A stretch of DNA of 64,000 nucleotides from assembly GCA_964291315.2 (NCBI GenBank), contig OZ219753.1:1056001-1120000 (forward strand), in the 5' to 3' direction. The translations under genes and the position numbers were made by a program. This DNA comes from Candidatus Poribacteria bacterium. Lineage in GTDB: Bacteria > Poribacteria > WGA-4E > WGA-3G. Under the pieces are notes generated by a model. The model did not search any database. It saw only the letters and a program-made list of their open reading frames with translations, and was not told the origin of the DNA. Positions 49,097 through 57,837 of this stretch are shown piece by piece; position 1 is the first letter of the stretch; each line of letters opens with the position of its first letter.

Positions 49097-49438
49097 GCTT
49101 CACAGCGTTAAAACACACCCATCAGATGTAGAGTCAACGCTGACCTCCTTACTTCTTAGAGAGCGGCCCGCAAGCAACGCCCTTCGTGTTAAATAGTGGT
49201 TCGTACCGTTGAATAACCGGGATCTCAAGTTTATATGATTCGTCCTACATTTCATTATATACTACCACTACTTCGCAATTCATGTCAACGGAAAACTAGC
49301 ATCACTTCAGAGCACTCAGTTTCCTCATCGGGCGGATTTCCAAATTTCGACCAAGACACCTCTGAGAAAAATACTCGTTTGTTAATTCCCGTAAACCTCA
49401 CCACGCAGAGTGCTTCTACACCAGCTATCACACTTTTC

Positions 49439-49467
49439 TTGACATCAATTCATCCGTATGCCATACT
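49439..49467 (+). promoter_or_regulatory. sigma70-type promoter
   Basis: TTGACA-17 nt-CATACT with TGn. Confidence 0.55.
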
Positions 49468-49558
49468 AACTAAAAGCCTTTTTCGGGCTTGTTATGCAAC
49501 TGTTAACATCGATCAAGAGATGCTAAGACTTCATTTTCAGAAAGGAACATCTATTATT

Positions 49559-50614
49559 ATGGACCCAGTAAAAGTGGGCGTGATTGGTTGTGGTGTCATC
49601 GGAAGCAGACATCTCAGTATCGCCTCAGAGGCCCCGCACATTGAGCTGATCGCCGCAGCGGACCTAATCGAAGCGAACAGAAAAACTGCCACCGAACGCT
49701 TCAATCCACCCCAAATGTACGCTAACGGTTTTGACCTGCTTGAGGATGAGACGATTGAAGCGGTTGTTCTCGCCTTTCCGACGCAGTACCGAACTGAGAT
49801 AGCCCTACGGGCATTTGAGAAAGGTAAGCACGTTCTAATTGAAAAACCAATCGCGATGAACGCTGCTGAGGTTGGAGAACTCATCGCTGCCCGAGGAAAC
49901 TTGGTCTCAGGATGCTGCTCCTCACGCAAACGTTTCACGTCAGCTGCACAACTTGCAACGCAGCTCATCACAACAGGCGGGTTGGGAGACCTCCGGACCG
50001 TTCACTGCCGCGCTATCATCGGGGCGCGAGAGAAACCAGACAACCCTCGACCAGCTTGGCGACTCACTAAGGCACTCAACGGCGGCGGTATACTTGTCAA
50101 CTGGGGCTGCTATGACCTTGATTATCTGCTCGGCATCACCGGTTGGCAGCTGAGACCACAAACCGTATTTGCCCAAACGTGGACTATACCTCAAGTGTTT
50201 GAATCACACATCGCCCCCGGTTCCGACGCTGAAACGCACTATACTGCACTCATCCGATGCCAAGGTAATATTGTTCTAAGCGTGGAGCGCGGAGAGTTCA
50301 TGACAATGCACTCGCATGCAGCATGGGAAATTATCGGTACAGAAGGTTCTCTTAAACTGAATATGCAAGATGAAAAACTGAAGAGCAGCATTTACAACCG
50401 CACAACTACAGAAGGCGGCGTAGAGACTGTATCGCTTTATGAAGCAGGCGAAGCACCCGAAATTCCACATAGCACCCCTTTGGCTGATTTCGCTGCTGCT
50501 ATCAGGGAAAACCGGCAACCCTCGACAAATTTGGAAAAAGCACTTGTTGTTCAAAAAATAACCGATGCCATTTACACTTCCGCAGAGACAGGGAATGCTG
50601 TGGAAATAGACTAA
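49559..50614 (+). CDS. Gfo/Idh/MocA oxidoreductase
   Basis: VGVIGCGVIG, KHVLIEKP, GGG.L; start ATG 49559 after AAAGGA. Confidence 0.9.
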   Translation: MDPVKVGVIGCGVIGSRHLSIASEAPHIELIAAADLIEANRKTATERFNPPQMYANGFDLLEDETIEAVVLAFPTQYRTEIALRAFEKGKHVLIEKPIAMNAAEVGELIAARGNLVSGCCSSRKRFTSAAQLATQLITTGGLGDLRTVHCRAIIGAREKPDNPRPAWRLTKALNGGGILVNWGCYDLDYLLGITGWQLRPQTVFAQTWTIPQVFESHIAPGSDAETHYTALIRCQGNIVLSVERGEFMTMHSHAAWEIIGTEGSLKLNMQDEKLKSSIYNRTTTEGGVETVSLYEAGEAPEIPHSTPLADFAAAIRENRQPSTNLEKALVVQKITDAIYTSAETGNAVEID

Positions 50615-50641
50615 AAACCCAACAACTAGTTTTACATATCA

Positions 50642-50665
50642 AGGCGCGCTGTGCAAAGCGCGCCT
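50642..50665. terminator. GC-rich hairpin between convergent genes
   Basis: AGGCGCGCT-gtgcaa-AGCGCGCCT. Confidence 0.6.
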
Positions 50666-50681
50666 ACATAGACAAGTGAAT

Positions 50682-51668
50682 CTACACGAAAAATTTCTTG
50701 GCAACCTGGGTTATGAAATTCTTGCCCATAACATTGTAGCCTTCCGCATCCGGATGCAGAGCATCTGGCAGTAGATGAACGTGCTCATGTCCAAACACAC
50801 TTAACCCGTCGACGTAATGAACGTGCATGTCACCTTGTGATTGCAGCGCTTCGACAGCAGCTCGTATCTCTTCCCGCATCCCTTTCAAGTGGAATCCCAC
50901 TGCATTCGGAGTCTCCTCCCGTGGTGGAGAACAGATAGGCGACATTAACACAAGTGGGGTATCTGGGTGTTTCTCACGGATAATCTGAGTAACCCCGATA
51001 ACTGCAGGCCGGAACGCACGCGGCCCCAAACTAGATGCTCCCTGGATATTGATACCCAGGCACATTGAGATATAATCAGCAGGTAAATCGCGAATCATCC
51101 GCGCTACCATTCCATCGAGATGACACTGTCCCCCATAACCAAGACATGTTAAATTCAACCCGCTTTCACGCGCGACAATCGCCGGCCATGTCTGTGTCGG
51201 TGAGGCCGCTGTCCGACACTGAGTGATGGAACTACCGTAAGTCACCCACCGAGGGCGCGTGTCAATAAACCGACCCAGAGTTGCACTGTCATCTATCTCC
51301 AAGTTACGGAGTCGAAAATTTCCGAACTGCGGCAACCATAGCTCAATCAATTTTTCGGTATTGCGTAAGCCGTTGAAGGTAAAATTATCTTTCTGTGTCA
51401 AGTCAAGCGATGCCACAACTTCACCGTCACAACAAAGTTCAAGTATACCCGTTTCGCTCTGCGCTACGATATTACCTGCAACCCGTGTGGTATTGCTCCG
51501 AAAACTGATACGAACCCCTGCAGGCATCGCCGAACGTTCAAGTAAAGGCCCTGGAAATAGGACATGCGTTTGGTGCGGCGTCCGCCAGGGCATCACCCAG
51601 TCTTCGGTTTTCTGTAGAGAAATGACCCCCTGCCAAGTCAATTGCGGGGCGTCTGGTTTTAATTGCAT
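50682..51668 (-). CDS. SGNH/GDSL hydrolase
   Basis: YGSSITQ, GIN, DALHP. Confidence 0.85.
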   Translation of the reverse strand: MQLKPDAPQLTWQGVISLQKTEDWVMPWRTPHQTHVLFPGPLLERSAMPAGVRISFRSNTTRVAGNIVAQSETGILELCCDGEVVASLDLTQKDNFTFNGLRNTEKLIELWLPQFGNFRLRNLEIDDSATLGRFIDTRPRWVTYGSSITQCRTAASPTQTWPAIVARESGLNLTCLGYGGQCHLDGMVARMIRDLPADYISMCLGINIQGASSLGPRAFRPAVIGVTQIIREKHPDTPLVLMSPICSPPREETPNAVGFHLKGMREEIRAAVEALQSQGDMHVHYVDGLSVFGHEHVHLLPDALHPDAEGYNVMGKNFITQVAKKFFV

Positions 51669-51694
51669 CGTGCTCCTCCTATACCTGCAAATCC

Positions 51695-52507
51695 CTACAT
51701 TGCCTCAATGACACCGCGTAGTTGACGTATGCCGCTCAGCATGTCTTCGGGCTGTCCCCAATGCTCAATGCTCGCTGAGCCCGTGAAGCCATCAGCAACC
51801 AACGTCTCCAGGATCTGCTCATAATTCAAACCTGTATCGCTGATCGGATTAAGATTTTTCTTGCTATTGGGCTTTACATGTACATGCCGTACCAAGCCCT
51901 TAATATGAGCATATCCATCCGGCAAAGGGTTTTCTCCGCAGTGTAAACCGTTATTGACATCCCAACAAGAGGTAAGGGCGGCGCTGTTTCCAAGCGCATC
52001 GATGACAGCCCGGGTCTCTTCACAGGTCCCCGCAAGACACGCGCTCTCGTTTTCAAAACACATTGTAACCTGCGCACTTTCTGCGATCGGAACAACAACT
52101 GCAAGCTTTTCGACAATCCGCTCCATGTAGTCGTTAATATCCGGACGCGGCGCGCCTTTAATCCGACGATTCGGGTTCCAAAAAGTGAAACAGCGAATGA
52201 CTTCAGTATCAAAAGCATGCGCTAGTGTCACCATCCGATCGAAGTGTCTTCGGTGTTCCTCATACGCTTGCGGATCGTCGATCGAGCATTTCCCAAACGG
52301 CGACCCGATGCTTGCAACGCGGACATTATAGGTACCCAAAACGTCTTGGACACGTTTAACATCCTCACCGTCAATTTCGGTTACGTGTTTACCCCAAACA
52401 CCACCGCGGATTTCAACAGTGTTGGCCCCCGCTTCAACACCGAGTTTGATAGCTTCCTCAAAATCGGTTTTAGAAACCTCGTCAGCAAAAAAGCAGACAT
52501 CAATCAT
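51695..52507 (-). CDS. sugar-phosphate isomerase/epimerase (AP endonuclease 2 TIM barrel)
   Basis: ENE, WD..N, HVHVK, SIE metal-ligand motifs. Confidence 0.8.
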   Translation of the reverse strand: MIDVCFFADEVSKTDFEEAIKLGVEAGANTVEIRGGVWGKHVTEIDGEDVKRVQDVLGTYNVRVASIGSPFGKCSIDDPQAYEEHRRHFDRMVTLAHAFDTEVIRCFTFWNPNRRIKGAPRPDINDYMERIVEKLAVVVPIAESAQVTMCFENESACLAGTCEETRAVIDALGNSAALTSCWDVNNGLHCGENPLPDGYAHIKGLVRHVHVKPNSKKNLNPISDTGLNYEQILETLVADGFTGSASIEHWGQPEDMLSGIRQLRGVIEAM

Positions 52508-52529
52508 ATTAGATAAATCCTTTCACAAT

Positions 52530-53177
52530 TTACATTTTTTTTAATGCTGTGATAATCTGGTCAGGCCCGAGACGCCCTCCAGTTTTAACATCAAGAAATT
52601 TCCATGCAACGCGGCCGCCCCCATCAATAATATAGGTTGCCGGCCGCGCGATATCGGCATCGCCCGGATCACGGACATTATACGCAATAATCACCTCGCT
52701 GTTTTTATCCGAAAGCAACGGATAAGTGACCTCAAGTGCTTGCTGTGTTGAATCTACAACAGCCAGTGGATCCGAGCTGATAGCGATAAGTTCTGCACCT
52801 TCAGCTCGGATGTCTTCATAGCCTGTTTGCAACTCACCGAGTTGCGTACGACAAATCCCTCATGTGCCCATTCGATAGAACACAATAACGAGTTTTTGTC
52901 CTCGATACTGCGAAAGGTTATGAGCATCTCCGCTACTATCCGGTATCGAAAAATCTGGAGCCAGCGCTCCGATATCCAGACCTTCGCCCTGAGGTAGACG
53001 TTCAACCGCCTCTTCCGCGGAAGTAACGATCTGTGTTGCCTGTTCTGTATTATCGCAGGCAAAGCACAGAAAAACGACAGCTACTGCAACAAAAAATCCA
53101 GCCAAACTGCCGTTACCCGAGAACGGTGTATAACGTTTCAGAGTGATGAAATGATTCCTCATCGCTTCAGATTTCAT
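52530..53177 (-). CDS. selenocysteine-containing AhpC/TSA (redoxin) lipoprotein, 215 aa
   Basis: ORFs 52860-53177 and 52530-52832 are one frame across TGA 52860-52862, giving FYRMGT-U-GICRTQLGELQ; APDF, ISSD, RPATYIID motifs; lipobox-like CFAC. Confidence 0.85.
52829..52845 (-). promoter_or_regulatory. SECIS-like element
   Basis: GCAACTC-GGT-GAGTTGC; loop 21 nt after UGA. Confidence 0.75.
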
Positions 53178-54493
53178 GTTTCACGTTTCCCCTCATCGTT
53201 TTGTGAATGCATCCACTTTCGAACGTCTGACCGCATCTTCTCAAGGGTTGGACGCATATCGAGGTTAAAGGCCAGGTTGTTGAACTCGTACGGATCACGA
53301 GTCACATCGTACAGTTCCTCTACGGGATGGTGTTGCATGAGATAAACGAGTTGCGCAACTTGTGGGTCTGACTCGGCTTTTCTTATCCAACTCTTCCATA
53401 CTTCAGCGTGGCTATCTGGAATACCTATAACTTCGGTAAAATGGGTGCTCCACCTGTTTTCAGGCATCAAATTCAAAATATATTTATACCTCCTATCACG
53501 CACACAACGCTGCGGAAAAACGTTCATATTTCCGTCACGAGTGTGTGTGCCGTAAATTTTATCGCGAAAAGTTAGCTCTTTCCCGAGCAAAACGTTCTTA
53601 AAACTTCTACCATCCAAACCCTCCGGCGGCGCGCCGCCCGCGATATCTACAAGCGTCGGTAAGACATCGACGTGTGAGACCAGCGCATCCGAGACCGTAT
53701 TCGCTGGAATCTCGCTGTACCATTTCGCGAGGAACGGCAGGCGAATACCGGTGTCATACAACGTCCATTTACAGTGGGGCCACTCGGAACCATGGTCGGT
53801 TGTGTAAATAAAAAGCGTGTTGTCGAAATATCCATATGCTTTTAGCATTTTATCGACCTCACCGAGGCGGGTATCCATCGTGGTAATGTCCTGATAATAG
53901 TTAGCAAGTGCTCTGCGAGCAACCGGCGTATCAGCAATATAGGGCGGGAGCGGCAAAGCATCCGGATTATAAATCTTGTTGGGTTCCCATGTCACATGTG
54001 GACTGCTGTCCCCAAGGATAAGGCAAATAGGTTGGTGCCGCTTTTCTCTTCGATGGCTTGAAAGGAAACGTTCAACAGGTTCAGTATCAAGTCCTTCTTG
54101 TCGGTATTTCCGGTTATGCTCGACACGTTTCGGGCGGAATCCACCAATATATTCAAAATTGAAGAGGGCTTCAGGCTTTACGTGCGTTTTTCCGGCGATA
54201 GCAACTCGATAACCGAGATCCCGAAGCATGCTGGGCAAAGTCTTAAGAGACGCTCGGCACTCTGTGTGGTTTCCCATCGCCCCGTGCCGTGCCGGGTAAA
54301 GCCCCGTATAAAGTGTGGAACGCGACGGCGCACACGTCGGTGTGACGGTGAAGGCGTACGTAAAACGAATACCTTCTTCTGCCAGACTGTCTAAGTGGGG
54401 TGTCTGGATATGCTTGTTCCCGTAGCAACCGAGATGCTCCCATCCGTGGTCATCAGAGAGATAGACAACGATATTCGGTTTCTCCCTTGACAT
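53174..54493 (-). CDS. sulfatase
   Basis: KPNIVVYLSDD, CAPSR, GKTH, DHG. Confidence 0.93.
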   Translation of the reverse strand: MSREKPNIVVYLSDDHGWEHLGCYGNKHIQTPHLDSLAEEGIRFTYAFTVTPTCAPSRSTLYTGLYPARHGAMGNHTECRASLKTLPSMLRDLGYRVAIAGKTHVKPEALFNFEYIGGFRPKRVEHNRKYRQEGLDTEPVERFLSSHRREKRHQPICLILGDSSPHVTWEPNKIYNPDALPLPPYIADTPVARRALANYYQDITTMDTRLGEVDKMLKAYGYFDNTLFIYTTDHGSEWPHCKWTLYDTGIRLPFLAKWYSEIPANTVSDALVSHVDVLPTLVDIAGGAPPEGLDGRSFKNVLLGKELTFRDKIYGTHTRDGNMNVFPQRCVRDRRYKYILNLMPENRWSTHFTEVIGIPDSHAEVWKSWIRKAESDPQVAQLVYLMQHHPVEELYDVTRDPYEFNNLAFNLDMRPTLEKMRSDVRKWMHSQNDEGKRET

Positions 54494-54497
54494 TATG

Positions 54498-55352
54498 CTA
54501 ACCCTTAGCAGGTGGAAACGGCCTTAGTGGTTGATTCGTTCGATTCCCACGTGAAACGGCTTCCGGCGGAAATTGTGTACACACTTTACCGTTCTTCATT
54601 CCCCATTTGCTGTTGGGGAAAAAACGTTCACTCTTTTTGTTAATCTCTGGATTTGTTAAAACACCAGCAACGGCAATACGACTTTTCTCACTCGGATTCG
54701 GTGGACTGTAATGCCACATATTACTATGCCAAAAAACTGCATCTCCCGTGTCTAACTCAATATGGTGTACGCCGCACTTTTCGATCATCCCCCGAACGAC
54801 TTTACGTGGGATTTCCCCATGGATGCTATCGGCATATAAGACGTGTTCAATAACCTCAGTTTTATGGCTCTTAGGTATGAACTGCATGCATCCATTTTCT
54901 TGAACTGCGGGCTCAAGCGCTATCCAGAAATTGAAAGATTCAGTATCCCCATCGCGCCAGAGGCCATTGTCTTGGTGCCATGGGGTCGCAGCACCGGTGC
55001 GCGCCGGTTTAAGAAAACAACTGTTGAACTTTACAATGATGTCATCGCCGAGGAAGTAGCGCGCAATGTTGAGCAGGGCAGGCCCGGCATGAACGTTGTG
55101 CCATATCAGCGGAGATTCAACGCAGAAGTTGGCGAGTTTTCGAAAGCGGGCAATGCGGCCTTGTGGCGAGCCGTCCATCGGATCCATGGGGTCATAGTCA
55201 GCAAACTCACCGGCGTTCGGGAGCATCAGAACATTACGAATGACCCCACGGAGCTGTGCTGCCAAGTCTTCTGAGATAACATTGCGAAGAATAAAATAGC
55301 CCTCAATTTCGTATTGTGATTTTTGGACAGCGGTTGGCTGCCATTGTGTCAT
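54498..55352 (-). CDS. PhyH-family dioxygenase
   Basis: PWHQD, ENGCM, HYSPPN.S..SR; start 55352 after AGGAGG. Confidence 0.88.
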   Translation of the reverse strand: MTQWQPTAVQKSQYEIEGYFILRNVISEDLAAQLRGVIRNVLMLPNAGEFADYDPMDPMDGSPQGRIARFRKLANFCVESPLIWHNVHAGPALLNIARYFLGDDIIVKFNSCFLKPARTGAATPWHQDNGLWRDGDTESFNFWIALEPAVQENGCMQFIPKSHKTEVIEHVLYADSIHGEIPRKVVRGMIEKCGVHHIELDTGDAVFWHSNMWHYSPPNPSEKSRIAVAGVLTNPEINKKSERFFPNSKWGMKNGKVCTQFPPEAVSRGNRTNQPLRPFPPAKG

Positions 55353-55678
55353 CGTTGTAATCCTCCTTTTTTGTAGATCGGAAGGACACTCCGCGGGCCA
55401 GAGCACGACAAAAGTCTACAACGTATACAACGCTCCTTAAACGAAGATGTCTTGAACGTGACACAGGACTCCTTCAATAACATCCCCTGCACCAAAAGGT
55501 ATCGCTCTGCCGTTAGATGAAACCCACACTTGAGCAATAGGCCTCTACATTACATATCCTAATTTTTGTACAAGTTTAGCATAAAAAAGAAAATATCTCA
55601 AGGGTTTGGACAGCTTGAGGAAATCTTTTCCGTTGAATTATTTAGCGCGATATGATAGATTAAAGAAAATATTGCTAT

Positions 55679-56431
55679 GTGAATCAAACAATGTTGACGC
55701 AAAAAATGGTAGCTGATGTTCCATCAGATCCAGGGGTCTATTTTTTTCGCAGCGCTACAGGAAGGCTTCTCTATATCGGTAAGGCAAAATGCCTACGCAA
55801 ACGGGTCCGTTCTTATCTCCATAAGGTAAAAAAACGCCCCCGCAAAATCAAACAACTTATCCGATGGACGACAGATGTTCGATATCAGGTTTGTCGTTCG
55901 GAGCAAGAAGCACTCTTCTTAGAATCGCGGTTAATCCAAGAGTACCAGCCCTCCTATAATACCGCTATGAAGTACGGACGGCGCCCTTGGTATATACGCA
56001 TAGATGTTGCAGAACCATTCCCACGACTTGAACGAGTGTCTGAAACACAACCCGATGGCGCAAGGTATTTCGGACCGCTGTCGAGCCGACGATGGACAGA
56101 TGAAGCGATTGATGTGTTACAACGAATTTTCCCCGTACGCACATGTGAAAGCGAAATCACTCCAAAACCAGGGTTCCGCGCCTGTTTTGAGTACGATTTG
56201 AAACGTTGTAACGCACCATGCGCAGCACTGATTACAAGTCAACTCTATAAAGAGACAATAACCGATATTGTTAATCTATTGGATGGCGAGTATCAAAAGG
56301 TACAGGAAAGTCTCGTCACAAAACGGGATAGCGCATCCGAAGCACTGGAGTTTGAGCGGGCTGTGAGATTTCACAAACAGCTACAACGAATCCAGAAGGT
56401 ATTTACCTTCCTAGATGTACACCGGAGGTAA
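55679..56431 (+). CDS. GIY-YIG nuclease, UvrC N-terminal/Cho-like
   Basis: PGVYFF...LYIGKAK.LRKRVRSY, Cys-rich region, UVR motif; no RNaseH/HhH half. Confidence 0.85.
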   Translation: MNQTMLTQKMVADVPSDPGVYFFRSATGRLLYIGKAKCLRKRVRSYLHKVKKRPRKIKQLIRWTTDVRYQVCRSEQEALFLESRLIQEYQPSYNTAMKYGRRPWYIRIDVAEPFPRLERVSETQPDGARYFGPLSSRRWTDEAIDVLQRIFPVRTCESEITPKPGFRACFEYDLKRCNAPCAALITSQLYKETITDIVNLLDGEYQKVQESLVTKRDSASEALEFERAVRFHKQLQRIQKVFTFLDVHRR

Positions 56432-56435
56432 CTTC

Positions 56436-56765
56436 ATGACATCCCGAAAGATAGAAAAAGAGGTTCTTGGCGGTACCAATGGAACAGCACGTTGTAGCTG
56501 TGGCCGGCTCCGCTACCCGCGTTACAGGTTATGTCCGAAGTGTTACTATGCAACGCCTCCAAACACCCCAGATCCCAAGAAGCTGTCTCGTGCTGAACTC
56601 CTGAAGATGCAGGCTTCAAAAACGATGCCTCTTTCGGACCGGCAGGAACGGATCCTATTCCTAGAAAAACGGTACGGTGCACAGTTCCGAGGACAAGACA
56701 TTCGCTTTATGAAGAACTCGCAACTCTATGCATTATCCGAACAAGCAGGTTATCGTCGACGCTAA
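56436..56765 (+). CDS. small basic hypothetical protein with possible Zn ribbon
   Basis: GGAGG RBS; CSC...CPKC. Confidence 0.6.
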   Translation: MTSRKIEKEVLGGTNGTARCSCGRLRYPRYRLCPKCYYATPPNTPDPKKLSRAELLKMQASKTMPLSDRQERILFLEKRYGAQFRGQDIRFMKNSQLYALSEQAGYRRR

Positions 56766-56810
56766 ATTTTTGTCTATACCGTAGACATTCTTTCAATCTG
56801 TAAAAATATC

Positions 56811-56839
56811 TTGCTAAAAAAACAAATATCTGTTAAAAT
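56811..56839 (+). promoter_or_regulatory. sigma70-type promoter of the HMA selenoprotein pair
   Basis: TTGCTA-17 nt-TAAAAT with TGn, followed by TAAGGAGG RBS. Confidence 0.6.
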
Positions 56840-56875
56840 AATAGAGACATATAATTATTCTAAGGAGGTTAACCC

Positions 56876-57271
56876 ATGCGTATCGCGAAATTATCGCTGA
56901 TTGCCCTAGTCGCCTTTGCTTTTATAGTAGGGTGCGGCATGATCGGGAAGAAAGCAGAAATGCCAGAGACTACCCCTACTTCCATCGAAACTGCCACAAC
57001 GCAATCTGAAGCCAAGGCTGACGACATGTCAGCATCCATGGAGGGAGCCGCCGTTGAAGAGGTAACACTGAACGTCACAGGTATGACATGAGGATCCTGT
57101 ACCGGTAAAGTGCAGGATGCACTTAGCAAGGTCACAGGCGTTTCGGAAGTGGTAAGTGTTTCTTCGGATACGAATACGGCTGTCGTAAGAATCAAAAAGG
57201 GTAAAGTGACGACTGCAGCGCTTACCGAGGCAGTTAAAGGTGCTGGTTTTAGTGCCAAGGTTGCCCAATAG
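56876..57271 (+). CDS. selenocysteine-containing HMA (CopZ/MerP-like) lipoprotein 1, 131 aa
   Basis: Lipobox IVGC; VTLNVTGMT-U(TGA 57089)-GSCTGKVQDALSKVTGV...AVKGAGFSA; stop TAG at 57271. Confidence 0.88.
57108..57124 (+). promoter_or_regulatory. SECIS-like element
   Basis: AAGTGCA-GGA-TGCACTT; loop 23 nt after UGA. Confidence 0.75.
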
Positions 57272-57385
57272 GACATAATTTTGAAGGGGTGAGGTTTGCT
57301 CGCCCCTTCAATTGAGCAGATTGTAATGCAGAACATTAAAAGCTGCGTCTCGAAAACCGCTGCTATAAATGAGAGGTACAAACCT

Positions 57386-57730
57386 ATGTATCAATTAAAT
57401 GTAAGAATACTATTTGTCTGTCTCGCGGCACTTTTGCTCGTCGTTGCATGTGCGGACACAGAAAAGAAAACAACAGAAGCTCCAAGTCAGACAACGGAAG
57501 CAAACATTGAAGAGGTGACACTCGCTGTAACCGGCATGACTTGAGGTAGTTGTACTAGTAAGGTGCAGGATGCACTTACAAAGGTCGCCGGTGTTTCTGA
57601 AGTTGTCAGCGTTTCTATGCAAGAAAACAAGGCTGTCGTGAAAATTGAAAAGGGTAAAGTTGATAACAACGCACTTGTGAAGGCTATTGAAGGAGCAGGG
57701 GCAGGCTTTAGAGCCCAAGTTACCCACTAA
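57386..57730 (+). CDS. selenocysteine-containing HMA lipoprotein 2, 114 aa
   Basis: GAGAGG RBS; lipobox VVAC; VTLAVTGMT-U(TGA 57542)-GSCTSKVQDALTKVAGV...; stop TAA at 57730. Confidence 0.88.
57558..57579 (+). promoter_or_regulatory. SECIS-like element
   Basis: GTAA-g-GTGCA-GGA-TGCAC-TTAC; loop 23 nt after UGA. Confidence 0.75.
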
Positions 57731-57775
57731 GCACGAATCAGTAGAGCGATATCGGTTTGCGCTTCGTTCTATGAG

Positions 57776-57808
57776 AAAAAAGCGAGGTCCCAGGATCTCG
57801 CTTTTTTT
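57776..57808. terminator. bidirectional intrinsic terminator
   Basis: AAAAAAGCGAG...CTCGCTTTTTTT between convergent genes. Confidence 0.85.
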
Positions 57809-57837
57809 ATGGAAGGTAAGGCCGCTTGGTGTTTAAC

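Noticed and set aside
49235-49558. 108-aa N-terminal extension of the Gfo/Idh/MocA ORF
   Set aside because: Contains a promoter-like sequence; the RBS and the domain start point to ATG 49559
55460-55530. tRNA-like sequence on the minus strand
   Set aside because: No TTCRA T-arm or pairing acceptor stem
52860-57544. Genome-wide TGA reassignment (code 4 or 25) as the explanation for the in-frame TGAs
   Set aside because: Other genes end at TGA at their expected C-termini (e.g. 10910, 19746, 28621, 33391) and Trp uses TGG; read-through is seen only at CxxC positions with a hairpin
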